A stretch of 50,291 nucleotides of DNA from NCBI GenBank assembly GCA_965661285.1, contig CBFIDD010000005.1, forward strand, positions 139,191 to 189,481. Direction: 5' to 3'. The DNA is from Poseidonia sp. (GTDB taxonomy: Archaea; Thermoplasmatota; Poseidoniia; Poseidoniales; Poseidoniaceae). The translations under genes were made by a program, and so were the position numbers. Below the pieces are notes generated by a model that saw only the letters and a list, made by a program, of their open reading frames with translations, searched no databases and was not told the origin of the DNA. Below are positions 10,492-19,858 of the stretch, piece by piece. Each line of letters starts with the position of its first letter. The stretch's first letter is position 1.

Positions 10492-11079
10492 TCATCGTTT
10501 CTTTGACACAACAAATGCTTCCAGGCGTTCCAGTGTCTGATGCTCAAGCGCTACCGCTTTGACCACGTACTCGTTGGTGCTCGGGCCGGATTCGGTGAAC
10601 ACCGGCACCATCGAGGTCCAGACGCCTTCGCCCTTGATGCGGGAGTAGAGGGCAGCAGCGACGTGAATGGCGATAAGGGCATAACTCAGGTCGGCGGAGA
10701 AGCCGTGCAGACCAATGGCCGCATTCATGGCCCAGGCATCCTCTCCCATGCCTTGGTTGAAGAGCCAAGCGATGGCCAGTCCGGTCACCGGCAACAGGAC
10801 GAGGCAGAGGTACATCGCAACGTGCATGAGGCGTGCGAAGCGCTTGTGGTAGCGATGCACCGGCATGACCGAGCCCTGGAAGGTTTCGAAACGCCGCATG
10901 TAGCCGTAGCGAATCACGACCAGCAGCAGAAACACGCTGGCGAAGACGATTTCAAACTGCAACAGCGCTGTATCTTCCAGTTGCTCGAGGTCGTCGATTT
11001 GCTTGAAAATCCCGTAGGCGTAGAGCAGTACGAACGCCCAGTGGAACACCTTGCCCAGCAGGGTGTGGTTCCGGGCCAT
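10492..11079 (-). CDS. Cytochrome b561-family di-heme membrane protein
   Basis: Four TM helices with His ligands: FHW, LMHVAMY...LPVTG, GLHG, AIHVAAALY. Confidence 0.85.
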   Translation of the reverse strand: MARNHTLLGKVFHWAFVLLYAYGIFKQIDDLEQLEDTALLQFEIVFASVFLLLVVIRYGYMRRFETFQGSVMPVHRYHKRFARLMHVAMYLCLVLLPVTGLAIAWLFNQGMGEDAWAMNAAIGLHGFSADLSYALIAIHVAAALYSRIKGEGVWTSMVPVFTESGPSTNEYVVKAVALEHQTLERLEAFVVSKKR

Positions 11080-11182
11080 CGGTGTCGCTATCTCTCCCTG
11101 TCCGCTATACCGCTTTCTATGAGACGCCCGTCTTCGGTTGGGTTATAGCCCGCCTGCCCAACTCTCTGTGTGAGGTCGCTCC

Positions 11183-11425
11183 GTGGTGTTGCTCAATCTG
11201 TGGTCGCTCGGTCATTTCGTCCAGTGGACCTTCATTGGGCGCTATCTGCTCACCAACTGGTGGGTCTTCCTCACCCTTTCCGTGGGATGGGAGGTGCTCG
11301 AACTCTACCTTCCCTTCGAGTTCGTTGAAGAGACGTGGGACAACAAAATCTCCGACCTCGTCGTGAACACCGTGGGCTTTGTCCTCGGCATGGGTCTGCG
11401 CTACGACCCGCAAACGCTGGATTAA
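11183..11425 (+). CDS. Small hydrophobic hypothetical membrane protein
   Basis: 80 aa, GTG start after GAGGT. Pattern H...WEVLE...ETWDNKISDLVVN.VG resembles small VanZ-like membrane proteins. Convergent with selO. Confidence 0.65.
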   Translation: MVLLNLWSLGHFVQWTFIGRYLLTNWWVFLTLSVGWEVLELYLPFEFVEETWDNKISDLVVNTVGFVLGMGLRYDPQTLD

Positions 11426-13029
11426 CTCGAGCAGGAGAGCATGGAGCAGCCGACGCGGTGGCGAGCCCACTCGGGGCGCTTTTGGAACCATTTCTCCTCG
11501 TGCTCGGGCTGTTCGTCGTAGGGACGCTTCAGAAGTTCGTGGAGTTCCTCAGCGATGGAAAAATCGCCCTTCTCCTCCGCCGCATCGATGGCCAATTGCG
11601 CCATCCAGTTTCGAAGCACATACTTCGGGTTGGCTTGGAGCATTCCGTCTCGGTCGGGCTTGCCGTCGACTCGCTCCCACCAGCGCACGAGCCAGCGGTC
11701 CCACGCGCTGGTGTCGGGCTCGCTGCCCTCGTAGAACGCGTCGGCCACGCGGGCGATGTCCGGCTCGGTGATGGAGCAGAGGTAGCGGAAGAAGAGCGTC
11801 ATGTCCACCTCGGTGGCGCCAAGCAGGTCGATGAGGTCGTTCACGAGCACCTCATCGGCTTCCTGCAGCGTGCCGAGGCCCAACTTTTCGGCCCAGGTTT
11901 CGCTCTGGGCGTTCATGGCGAATTCCATGTAGTGGTCCAACACCGGCTGAAGCCGGCTCACGTCGTCCATCAGCGGGGCCATGGATTCGAGCAGACGAGC
12001 GACGTTCCACGCCCCGATGTGTTGTTGTTGACCGTAGCGATAGCGGCGGCGACCGGCGTCGGTCGTGTTGGGCGTCCAGTCCACATCGTAAGGCTCCAAC
12101 CAGCCGTAGGGCCCGTAATCGATGGTGAGGCCGTGAATCGACATGTTGTCCGTGTTCATCACACCGTGAACGAAGCCGACCCGCATCCAGTGGGCGATCA
12201 TCGTCGCGGTGGATTCGGCCACTTCGGTCAGCCACGCGATGAGGCCGTCGTCGGTGCTGGCGTCGTGGTGCGGGAAGTGATGGCGCACGGTGTGGTCGAC
12301 GAGGGTGCGCAGCGTTTCGTGATGGCCGTCGGAGACGTGGATTTGGAAGCTGCCGAAGCGGATGAAACTGGGCGCGACGCGGCACACCACCGCCCCGGGC
12401 TCGGGGGCAGGGTTGCCGTTGTACAGGACGTCTCGCACGACCGCTTCGCCTGTGGTCACCAGCGACAGGGCACGGGTGGTGGGCACACCGAGGTGATGCA
12501 TCGCTTCGCTGCACAGGAATTCGCGAATGGAGGAGCGCAACACGGCTTTGCCGTCAGCAGTGCGCGAATAGGGCGTCAGGCCGGCGCCTTTGAGTTGCAG
12601 TTCGAGGAAGCCGTCCTTGGTTTCGACTTCACCCAGCGTGATGGCACGACCGTCGCCCAGTTGGCCGGCCCAGTTGCCGAACTGGTGGCCGCCGTAGCGC
12701 TGGGCGTAGGGTTGCATGCCGGGCACGGGTTCGCCACCTCCAAGCACGACACCGGCTTCGTCCGTCCGTTCAAGCCCCAGCATCTCGGCCATTTCGGTCG
12801 ACCAGAGGGCGAGGTGAGGTTCAGGAGCGGGCGTGGGCGTGACCTTTGACCAGCACTTGCCGGGAACTTGACGGGGACGGCCGCCTTCGGCATCATCTCC
12901 GGGCGTCTCGCCCAAGAAGCGGGCGTGCCACGACAGGGCCTGCAGCGACGGGTTGCTCACACCACATGCTGAGCGGGGGCCTTCTTCAACCTCGTGGGCG
13001 TTGCCATCCCGCTTTTCTTCATTCAACAT
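11422..13029 (-). CDS. selO: Protein adenylyltransferase SelO/YdiU
   Basis: YGGHQFGNWAGQLGDGRA, QLKGAGLTPYSRTADGKAVLRSSIREFL, GFVHGVMNTDN, IDYGPYG; C-terminus CSMLSCSS. Confidence 0.95.
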   Translation of the reverse strand: MLNEEKRDGNAHEVEEGPRSACGVSNPSLQALSWHARFLGETPGDDAEGGRPRQVPGKCWSKVTPTPAPEPHLALWSTEMAEMLGLERTDEAGVVLGGGEPVPGMQPYAQRYGGHQFGNWAGQLGDGRAITLGEVETKDGFLELQLKGAGLTPYSRTADGKAVLRSSIREFLCSEAMHHLGVPTTRALSLVTTGEAVVRDVLYNGNPAPEPGAVVCRVAPSFIRFGSFQIHVSDGHHETLRTLVDHTVRHHFPHHDASTDDGLIAWLTEVAESTATMIAHWMRVGFVHGVMNTDNMSIHGLTIDYGPYGWLEPYDVDWTPNTTDAGRRRYRYGQQQHIGAWNVARLLESMAPLMDDVSRLQPVLDHYMEFAMNAQSETWAEKLGLGTLQEADEVLVNDLIDLLGATEVDMTLFFRYLCSITEPDIARVADAFYEGSEPDTSAWDRWLVRWWERVDGKPDRDGMLQANPKYVLRNWMAQLAIDAAEEKGDFSIAEELHELLKRPYDEQPEHEEKWFQKRPEWARHRVGCSMLSCSS

Positions 13030-13038
13030 GACGAAGAA

Positions 13039-13662
13039 TCACACTGCAGGAACGGGCGGCCCTTGAACGAGGAAGGCCACCCACAACAGTGCCAGAAGGA
13101 GCCCGCAGGCTTGGAAGATACGCTTTCCTGTCGTGCCCTCTGTGAACAGATGATTGAGCCGAGCACCGGCAAAGGTCCAGAGGATCATCGCACCGAGGCA
13201 CATGGTCAAGGTGACGAAGATGACGGTCGCAATGCCCGTCATGCCGCCGCCCAGCGGTTCGATGAACTGGCTCATCATGATGATGACAAAGGCCCACTCC
13301 TTGCCGTTGACGAACTGCATCCCGATGCCGACCTTCAATCCAAGCATGCCCTCGATGTTCTCCTCAAGGGTGACCGATGCGGGGTCAAAACGGAACATGG
13401 CGACCACCATGGCACCGAGGAAGGCCATGCCAATCCAGTGCAGCACGGTCATGGCGGTGGTCGAACCGCTCACCGCGTCAACCAGCAGACCAACGCTCAG
13501 TTCGATGGTGACGAATCCGATGACCATGCCGGCGATGAGCTTCACGTTGGCTTTGGGTCCAAACATGCCGCTGTGCGCAAAACAGGTCAGGGCGTTAGGT
13601 CCGGGCGTGATGAGTCCGATGGCGAGCAGGGCGAGCAGTTCTCCCAGTGCGACGGTGTCCAT
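13039..13662 (-). CDS. LysE-family translocator
   Basis: ITPGPN motif near the N-terminus, QFVNGK, about 6 TM helices. Confidence 0.85.
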   Translation of the reverse strand: MDTVALGELLALLAIGLITPGPNALTCFAHSGMFGPKANVKLIAGMVIGFVTIELSVGLLVDAVSGSTTAMTVLHWIGMAFLGAMVVAMFRFDPASVTLEENIEGMLGLKVGIGMQFVNGKEWAFVIIMMSQFIEPLGGGMTGIATVIFVTLTMCLGAMILWTFAGARLNHLFTEGTTGKRIFQACGLLLALLWVAFLVQGPPVPAV

Positions 13663-13674
13663 CCGTTCACGTCC

Positions 13675-14871
13675 TCAAGCGAGTTCTTGTTGCAGCGCCC
13701 AGGCCAGGTAGCGGTACTCCGCTTCGCTGTTGTAGAGTTGAGCCGAGATGCGGATGTAGCGTCCACGAGGTGACGGCCACGACCACACGGGCACCTGAAT
13801 GCCGTATTTCTCACTCAAAACAACGTGCAACGGGTCGGGCTCGTGCAGCGGAATTCCGCCTCCCTCCACCTGCTCCGGTAGAATGAGCGTGGCGATGGAT
13901 GTCACCATCTCGTCGGGACATGGCGGTGTGATGCCGAGGGCCTCGCAAAGGATGTTGCGACCTCGAATGGCTAAGTCGTGGTTGTGCTGCATGATGGCGG
14001 GCCATCCCCCTTCGACCTCGTCAGCGAGGTGGTCGATTGCAAACGGCAGCGCACAGTGGGCCGACATGTCTCGGGTGCCGGTCCAATCAAACTCGTGGCG
14101 GAATCGGGTGGTGTCGCCCAGCGGGAAGGTCATGCCGTGGCTGATGGTCAGCGGATGGATATCGGCCTGCTTGTCTTTGCGAACGTGAAGGAAGGCCGAG
14201 CCTTTGGGTGCACACAGCCACTTGTGACAGTTGCTGGTGGTGTAGGAAGCGCCCAGTTCGTCCAGGTTGAGCGGCACCATGCCGATCCCGTGAGCGGCGT
14301 CCAAAAGCACGCTCACACCCCGTCCTTCCAGTTCAGCCGTCAGGTCCTCAAAGGGCATGCGCAGGCCGGTGGGGCTGGTGACGGTGTCGATCATCGCGAG
14401 CACCGTACGTTCGGAGACAGCGCCCAACATCGCCTCCATCACGACGTGCGGGCCGTCGATAGGAAACGGAAGCGGAACGGTGACGACCTTGGCGCCCCAC
14501 CGCTCCGCTACGAAGTCAATCGTGTTGCGACAGGCCTGATAGGCGTGGTCGGGCACGAGGATTTCGTCGCCTTCGCTGAACTCAAGCGAGCGCATGACGG
14601 TGTTCACGCCGGACGTGGCGTTTTCCACGAGGGCGAGGTCGTCGGCCTGACAGGACAACTGCTTGGCCAGCGCCACCCGGGTTTGTTCGAGAATACTTGG
14701 CATCAAGTCCTCAAAGAATCGCACGGGTTCGTTTTCCATCACATCTTGCCACGTTCGCTGTTCTTCTCGCACGGACCTCGGTGTGGCGCCGAACGAACCG
14801 TGGTTCAGAAAAATCCGATCTTCTTCGAGCCCCCAGAGGCGTGCATGATCGCTTCTGCTCGGCTTGTCCAT
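13675..14871 (-). CDS. Class V PLP-dependent enzyme (isopenicillin-N epimerase / hercynylcysteine sulfoxide lyase-like)
   Basis: FLNHGSFGATP, NATSGVN, DAAHGIG, SNCHKWLCAPKGSAFL, WTGTRD. Confidence 0.88.
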   Translation of the reverse strand: MDKPSRSDHARLWGLEEDRIFLNHGSFGATPRSVREEQRTWQDVMENEPVRFFEDLMPSILEQTRVALAKQLSCQADDLALVENATSGVNTVMRSLEFSEGDEILVPDHAYQACRNTIDFVAERWGAKVVTVPLPFPIDGPHVVMEAMLGAVSERTVLAMIDTVTSPTGLRMPFEDLTAELEGRGVSVLLDAAHGIGMVPLNLDELGASYTTSNCHKWLCAPKGSAFLHVRKDKQADIHPLTISHGMTFPLGDTTRFRHEFDWTGTRDMSAHCALPFAIDHLADEVEGGWPAIMQHNHDLAIRGRNILCEALGITPPCPDEMVTSIATLILPEQVEGGGIPLHEPDPLHVVLSEKYGIQVPVWSWPSPRGRYIRISAQLYNSEAEYRYLAWALQQELA

Positions 14872-14945
14872 GTCATTGAGTAAGCCGTGGGTTTAATTGA
14901 AGTTAGTGGCAAAAATTTCTTGTGTTTCCTCGATAAAGAAAGGGC

Positions 14946-15324
14946 ATGAATCTTGAGACTGCAGCGCAATACGCAGAGGTTTTTGGTGTCCTCACCATCA
15001 TCGGTGCCGTCATCTTCAGTTGGTATCAAATTCGCCAACTTAAACAGGATAGAAAAAGCGCAGCAGCCTTCAAGTTAACCCAAATTTTCCAGACATCAAC
15101 CTTCGCTCATGGATTGGGACTTGATGTACGACTATTTCGCCGGGGCCATCGTGATCACCTATCTCAAGACTCAGCAGGTGATTGAGGACTGGCGCACCCA
15201 AAACAACCGCCCGTCCTATTTTGAGTGGATGCAGTGGCTTGCTGAGCGCGTGATGGCCGTCGAAAGCGACGCGCCGCCGATTCCGGCCAACATTCTCCAC
15301 AAGGACTGGATGCCTTACAATTGA
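14946..15324 (+). pseudogene. Internally deleted/frameshifted DUF4760-like gene with an N-terminal TM
   Basis: An N-terminal fragment (TM then QIRQLKQDR, good to about 15116) and a C-terminal fragment (15109-15324, FEWMQWLAER) lie in different frames. Together they give only about 125 aa. Confidence 0.55.
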
Positions 15325-15424
15325 GCCTTGGATATCGCTCACACCGTGTAGCCCGTGCAGAAGAACCCTGAACCACCGATGCCCAACACCCATACGAGCG
15401 TTTGCTCGAATACAAACCGTGGTT

Positions 15425-18400
15425 TCACTCGTTTCGTCGACCGGCCAGCATGGCTGCACCGAGCATGGCGAGGAGGGCAAAGCCGATGCCTGGAGCAGGC
15501 AACTGCACTTGCGGGTTCTCGTCAGCGTAATCGCCAGCAGGCGTCGAGAGGCGGACCGCGTTCCAACCGTCCAGCTCGAAGTCTTCATCAACGAACAACG
15601 CTGGATTTCCATCATCGTCGTACGACAACATGAGCCCAGCGATGTCGCCGTTGTCAATCTCGTCCATCGTGTAGCGTGCAAGTTCATCACCGCAGTCGCT
15701 GGGAAGCAAGTACTCGGCGTTCGAGAACATGCTCTCTGCATCGCCAAAGGTGTCGCACATGGCGAACACCACTTCGAGCGTGTCATCGTCGGCACCGATG
15801 GTCCAGTCAGCAATGCCCGTAGAAGCGAAGGTGTACATACCGTAGCCGTGGCCTTCACCAACCTCCAGTTCATCTGAGCCGTCTTCACAATCGTATCCGC
15901 CGTCGTTGACGAGAGAGAGGTCGATTTCTCCGCCGTCATCGCATACAAAGCCACTGATCTCGTAGGAGTATCCGTCGTACTCATCAGTTTCATCTTCGCA
16001 GTCAAACCAATTATCGTTCACGTAGGAGAGGACGATGGTTTCGCCACTGTAGAAGCAGGTGAAGAAGGTCGTCTCGTCGCCGTTGCTGTCGTAAGCGGGT
16101 TCGTCGCTTCCGTCTCCACAGTCCTCGTAGCCGTCGTTCACGTCGGACATTTGGATTTCAGAGCCGTCGTCGCTGCAGGTGTAGACTTCCTCTCCGTAGG
16201 TGGGCTCGTCGCTTCCGTCGCCGCAATCTTCCTCGCCATCGTTGGCGTTGGCAAACGGCACTTCCTCGCCGTCATCGCACACGAAGACCTCGCCGTCAAC
16301 AGGATGAGGTTGGCCATCAAAGATCACGGCGTAGGGGGGAGCGTGGGTGTCGAGCGAGGTGTCAACCATGAGGGCGTCGACCAGCGTTGGGTCGTACGCA
16401 CTGCTGGTCACCACGAAGTGTTCCTCCACTTCACCATCCTCGTCGTAGGAGGTTTCTTCCATCATGAGGAAGGCATGCGTGGACGCATCGAACATGGCCG
16501 TCATGACCGTACCGTCGGACAGGGTGCTGTTGAGGGCGATCATCTCCAAACCGTTCTCGTCGGTGTGCATCCACATCTGGTAGGTTTCATCCGTTGCAAG
16601 GAACTCTTCGGGGCACATCCAGCCGGTTGTATTACTCTCCCACTCGCAATCCTTCATCACTTCAAACTCCATCTCGTCCCAACTGTCGTACCATTCGGTG
16701 CTGCAGTCGTTTTCACCGTCGCGGAATTGAGAGGCACTCACGGTGCCGTCGGAACCGAAGCAGTCAACCTCGTTCAGGTCTTCAACAACCGATTCGTCCG
16801 AGCCGTCGTTGCAGTCATCGTGGCCGTCGTTGACGTAATCAAAGGGAATCTCACCGGACCCGTCGTTGCACATGAAGGTGGCTGGTTCGTCCGAACCGTC
16901 GTCGCAGTCCACCGCGCCGTCGTCAAACTGGCTCACGGTGATTTCTGAACCATCAGCGCAATAAAACACGCTTTCGTCCTCGGGCATTTCATACTCGGCC
17001 TCATCCGAGCCGTCGTCGCAGTCCACCGCGCCGTCGTTGACGTACGAAAGAGGGATGGTGTCCGAACCGTCTACGCACTCAAACGTACTGGTTTCATCGA
17101 AATATGGTTCGTCGGTGCCATCCTGACAGTCGTATTGCTGGTCGTTGACCAACGAGAGAGCAATGGCTTCTCCCGAATACTGGCACGTGTAGGTTGAGAC
17201 CTCGGAACCGGAGATGGGGTCGTAGGACGGTTCGTCGTCGGCGCCAGGGCAGTCATCAGCACCGTCGTTTACGGAGGAGAGAAGAATATCGTCACCTGAA
17301 GCGCAGGTGAACACAGAGGTTTCCTCGACCACAGGCTCGTCTTCGCCGTCTGCACAGTCATCCTCTCCATCGTTCACATGGGAGAAGGGGATGAGCGTGC
17401 CGTCGTCGCACTCAAAGTCCGTCAGTTCCTCAAGGTCGTAGGTGGGCTCGTCGGTTCCGTCTTCGCAGTCTTCATCACCGTCGTTGACCCATTCAAACTC
17501 AACGGTTTCTCCGTTTTCGCAGGTGTAGTCAACGACATAGTCCGGCTCGTCCTCTCCTTCAGAACAATCGTCGCTGCCATCGTTGAGAAGAGCGAAGCTG
17601 ATGACGGTTCCGTCCTCACACGTGTAGGTCATGGTCCCGGTTCCATCGTCTTCATCGGTTGCTCCATCACAATCCTCAATGCCGTCGTTGAGGAAGACCC
17701 ACGGCCAGGCCGTATCTTCTCCATCAACTTGACATTCGCCAGTGAAGGTATACTCTTCTTCCTCTTCGTCAATCTCCAAACCGAACCAGTTGTCCGCAGC
17801 ATCGACGAGTTCGTCGTCATGGAAGAGGCAGTCAACTTGGCCGTCGTTGACGGATGAAAGGGCAATGGTATTGAGGGGTTCATCGTTCCAGTAGTCATAA
17901 CACGTGAAGGTGCTGTTTTCATCACCGTTGGTATCGTAAGTGACTTCATCTTCACCGTTCGGGCAATCCTCCTTCCCGTCGTTCACAAGGCCAATGGACA
18001 CGAGTTCATCGTCGTCATCGTAAATGTCTCCGCTGCAGGGGAATTCAAACAACTCTTGAATCTCCCCACTTGGGTTTTCGTCCGTACCGTCGGCGCAGTC
18101 GTCAGTACCGTCGTTGACCGTCGAGAGCGGAACTTCTGAACCGTCTTCGCAGGTGTAGTTGGAGGTCTCGTAGGCGCTCATGTCGTAGACGGGTTCGTCG
18201 CTGCCGTCGCCGCAGTCATCGTAATCATCGTTGATGTAGTAATAGGGAACAGTGTTTCCGTTGGCGCAGGCGTATTCGGTGATGAAGTTGTCTTCATCCG
18301 AGCCGTCAGCGCAGTCGGCCGAACCGTCGTTCGCGAGGTAGAAGTCGATGGTCGAACCGTCGTCGCACATGAACATGCTTCCGTCGCTTTGAAGGTCGGG

Positions 18401-19549
18401 CTCGTCGCTGGCGTCAGCACAGTCTTCCGTGCCATCGTTCACTTGGGAAAGGAGCACGGTATCGCCGTTGGCGCAGGTGTAAAGATGGTACGTGTCGGTT
18501 TCACTGTCGCTGTTGTAGACCATTTCATCGTCCTCCCAGCTGGTGATGTCCGTGCAGTACCAATCCGTACCGTCGTACTCGCAATGGGACCAGCCACCGC
18601 CGTTCAAGTCCATGGCGTAATAGGCGCCGTTCACCTTGTAGTGCTCGGTGATGGGTGAACTACCGTCTTCTGGAGTAACAAAGAGTTGAACCTCCACGAA
18701 GCCGCTACCGTCATCGATGTAGGTGGCTTGGTGAAGGACATCCCCGTTCTGGTCGAGCATGGCCGTGGTCAGACTTGTCTTTTCGTTGTTCATGTCCATC
18801 ACCATGGTCGTTTCCATGACCATGTCGTCGATGGTGCCCGTGGACTGGCTTGAGATGACACCGTCAAAGGCCGTTTGCATGGCCGCTTTAGCGTCCTCGA
18901 GGGTGAAACAGGAAGCGTCGTCAACCTCGGCCGTCTCGTCGTAGTTGAAGGCGGTGGCGTCGGTGCAGCCGCCCTTGCCCTCGGTCTTGTCGGGATCTTC
19001 GGGAGCGAAGTCGTCGTCATTGGCCACGCCGTCGCCGTCCTTGTCGTCGTCAAGGGCGTCACACGTTCCGTCGCCGTCCATGTCAGCTGGAATGCTGGTG
19101 GCGTCAAGCGGGTCGGAGCCGCACTGGTTCTCAACACCGTCAGCGAACGAATCACCGTCGGCGTCCTCGTCAAAGGCGTCGCAGGTGCCATCGTCGTCGG
19201 CATCAGCAGGCACATCGGAGGCGACAACTGGGTCGCTGCCACAGGCCTCTTCGTCAATGTTGGACCAGCCGTCGCCGTCCTTGTCGCTGTCGCGGACATC
19301 GCAAACGCCATCGCCGTCAGCGTCGGCTGGCATGCTTGAGGCCAGCAGGCCGTCGGAATCGCAATTCAATTCGTCAATATCGCTCCACGAATCGCCGTCA
19401 TCATCATCATCGTCAACATCGGGGATGCCGTCCCCGTCGGTATCAAGGAGGGGCTCAACGGGCTCCTCATTATCGATCACGTCGTCGCCTCCGAGACAAC
19501 CGGAGAGGACCAACATCAAGGCAAACAGAACAGCAAGGCTACGCTTCAT
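15425..19549 (-). CDS. Large acidic surface protein: lipobox signal, TSP3-like repeats, about 20 LDL-receptor class A-like repeats, PGF-CTERM-like tail
   Basis: MKRSLAVLFALMLVLSGC start at 19549; repeated C-DG--I----VNDG--DC-DGSDE; C-terminal PAPGIGFALLAMLGAAMLAGRRNE. Confidence 0.85.
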   Translation of the reverse strand: MKRSLAVLFALMLVLSGCLGGDDVIDNEEPVEPLLDTDGDGIPDVDDDDDDGDSWSDIDELNCDSDGLLASSMPADADGDGVCDVRDSDKDGDGWSNIDEEACGSDPVVASDVPADADDDGTCDAFDEDADGDSFADGVENQCGSDPLDATSIPADMDGDGTCDALDDDKDGDGVANDDDFAPEDPDKTEGKGGCTDATAFNYDETAEVDDASCFTLEDAKAAMQTAFDGVISSQSTGTIDDMVMETTMVMDMNNEKTSLTTAMLDQNGDVLHQATYIDDGSGFVEVQLFVTPEDGSSPITEHYKVNGAYYAMDLNGGGWSHCEYDGTDWYCTDITSWEDDEMVYNSDSETDTYHLYTCANGDTVLLSQVNDGTEDCADASDEPDLQSDGSMFMCDDGSTIDFYLANDGSADCADGSDEDNFITEYACANGNTVPYYYINDDYDDCGDGSDEPVYDMSAYETSNYTCEDGSEVPLSTVNDGTDDCADGTDENPSGEIQELFEFPCSGDIYDDDDELVSIGLVNDGKEDCPNGEDEVTYDTNGDENSTFTCYDYWNDEPLNTIALSSVNDGQVDCLFHDDELVDAADNWFGLEIDEEEEEYTFTGECQVDGEDTAWPWVFLNDGIEDCDGATDEDDGTGTMTYTCEDGTVISFALLNDGSDDCSEGEDEPDYVVDYTCENGETVEFEWVNDGDEDCEDGTDEPTYDLEELTDFECDDGTLIPFSHVNDGEDDCADGEDEPVVEETSVFTCASGDDILLSSVNDGADDCPGADDEPSYDPISGSEVSTYTCQYSGEAIALSLVNDQQYDCQDGTDEPYFDETSTFECVDGSDTIPLSYVNDGAVDCDDGSDEAEYEMPEDESVFYCADGSEITVSQFDDGAVDCDDGSDEPATFMCNDGSGEIPFDYVNDGHDDCNDGSDESVVEDLNEVDCFGSDGTVSASQFRDGENDCSTEWYDSWDEMEFEVMKDCEWESNTTGWMCPEEFLATDETYQMWMHTDENGLEMIALNSTLSDGTVMTAMFDASTHAFLMMEETSYDEDGEVEEHFVVTSSAYDPTLVDALMVDTSLDTHAPPYAVIFDGQPHPVDGEVFVCDDGEEVPFANANDGEEDCGDGSDEPTYGEEVYTCSDDGSEIQMSDVNDGYEDCGDGSDEPAYDSNGDETTFFTCFYSGETIVLSYVNDNWFDCEDETDEYDGYSYEISGFVCDDGGEIDLSLVNDGGYDCEDGSDELEVGEGHGYGMYTFASTGIADWTIGADDDTLEVVFAMCDTFGDAESMFSNAEYLLPSDCGDELARYTMDEIDNGDIAGLMLSYDDDGNPALFVDEDFELDGWNAVRLSTPAGDYADENPQVQLPAPGIGFALLAMLGAAMLAGRRNE

Positions 19550-19645
19550 GGTATCACAAGCGGTACTCCCGACATAAATATTCTCCCTGCTTAAAATCCC
19601 TAACATTGGGGCGTTTGAGCTCACACTGTACCTGCGCTCTGGTAC

Positions 19646-19652
19646 AAAAAAA
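19646..19652 (-). terminator. T7 tract, possible archaeal terminator for the tRNA-Leu(CAG) plus repeat transcript
   Basis: A7 on the + strand (T7 on -), just after a GGAGAG/CTCTCC hairpin at 19663-19680. It is the first long T-run downstream of the tRNA. Confidence 0.4.
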
Positions 19653-19692
19653 TAGCCGATGAGGAGAGAACAAGCTCTCCTTCCATACAGCA

Positions 19693-19858
19693 TCAGTTCT
19701 CATCCTGTGGATGCTTGACGATGCGGGGGGCAGGATTCTCACTCAAACGGCTTGGCAGCCGTGCAGTTCTCATCCTGCTGCTGCTTGTTGATGCGGGGGG
19801 CAGGATTCGAACCGGTGTTGGTTGTCACCAACGAGGTTCAAATCCTTTGGATTTGTAA
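19693..19858 (-). repeat. tRNA-linked tandem repeats containing copies of the tRNA-Leu 3' end
   Basis: tgcggggggcaggattc occurs at 19722, 19792 and, within the tRNA, 19859 (spacing 70 and 67). cagttctcatcctg is also repeated. Confidence 0.9.

Noticed and set aside
11422-11460. Selenocysteine in the SelO C-terminus
   Set aside because: The gene ends CSMLSCSS followed by TAA with no in-frame TGA, so it is the Cys form.
19550-19693. N-terminal extension of the 1422-aa ORF shown in the track
   Set aside because: A clear lipoprotein signal begins at ATG 19549 with an AT-rich TATA-like box about 25 bp upstream. The extension overlaps promoter and terminator DNA.
19693-19858. CRISPR array interpretation of the regularly spaced repeats
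   Set aside because: The repeat is the tRNA 3' end, the spacers are homologous to each other, there are only 2-3 units, and no cas genes are in the window.
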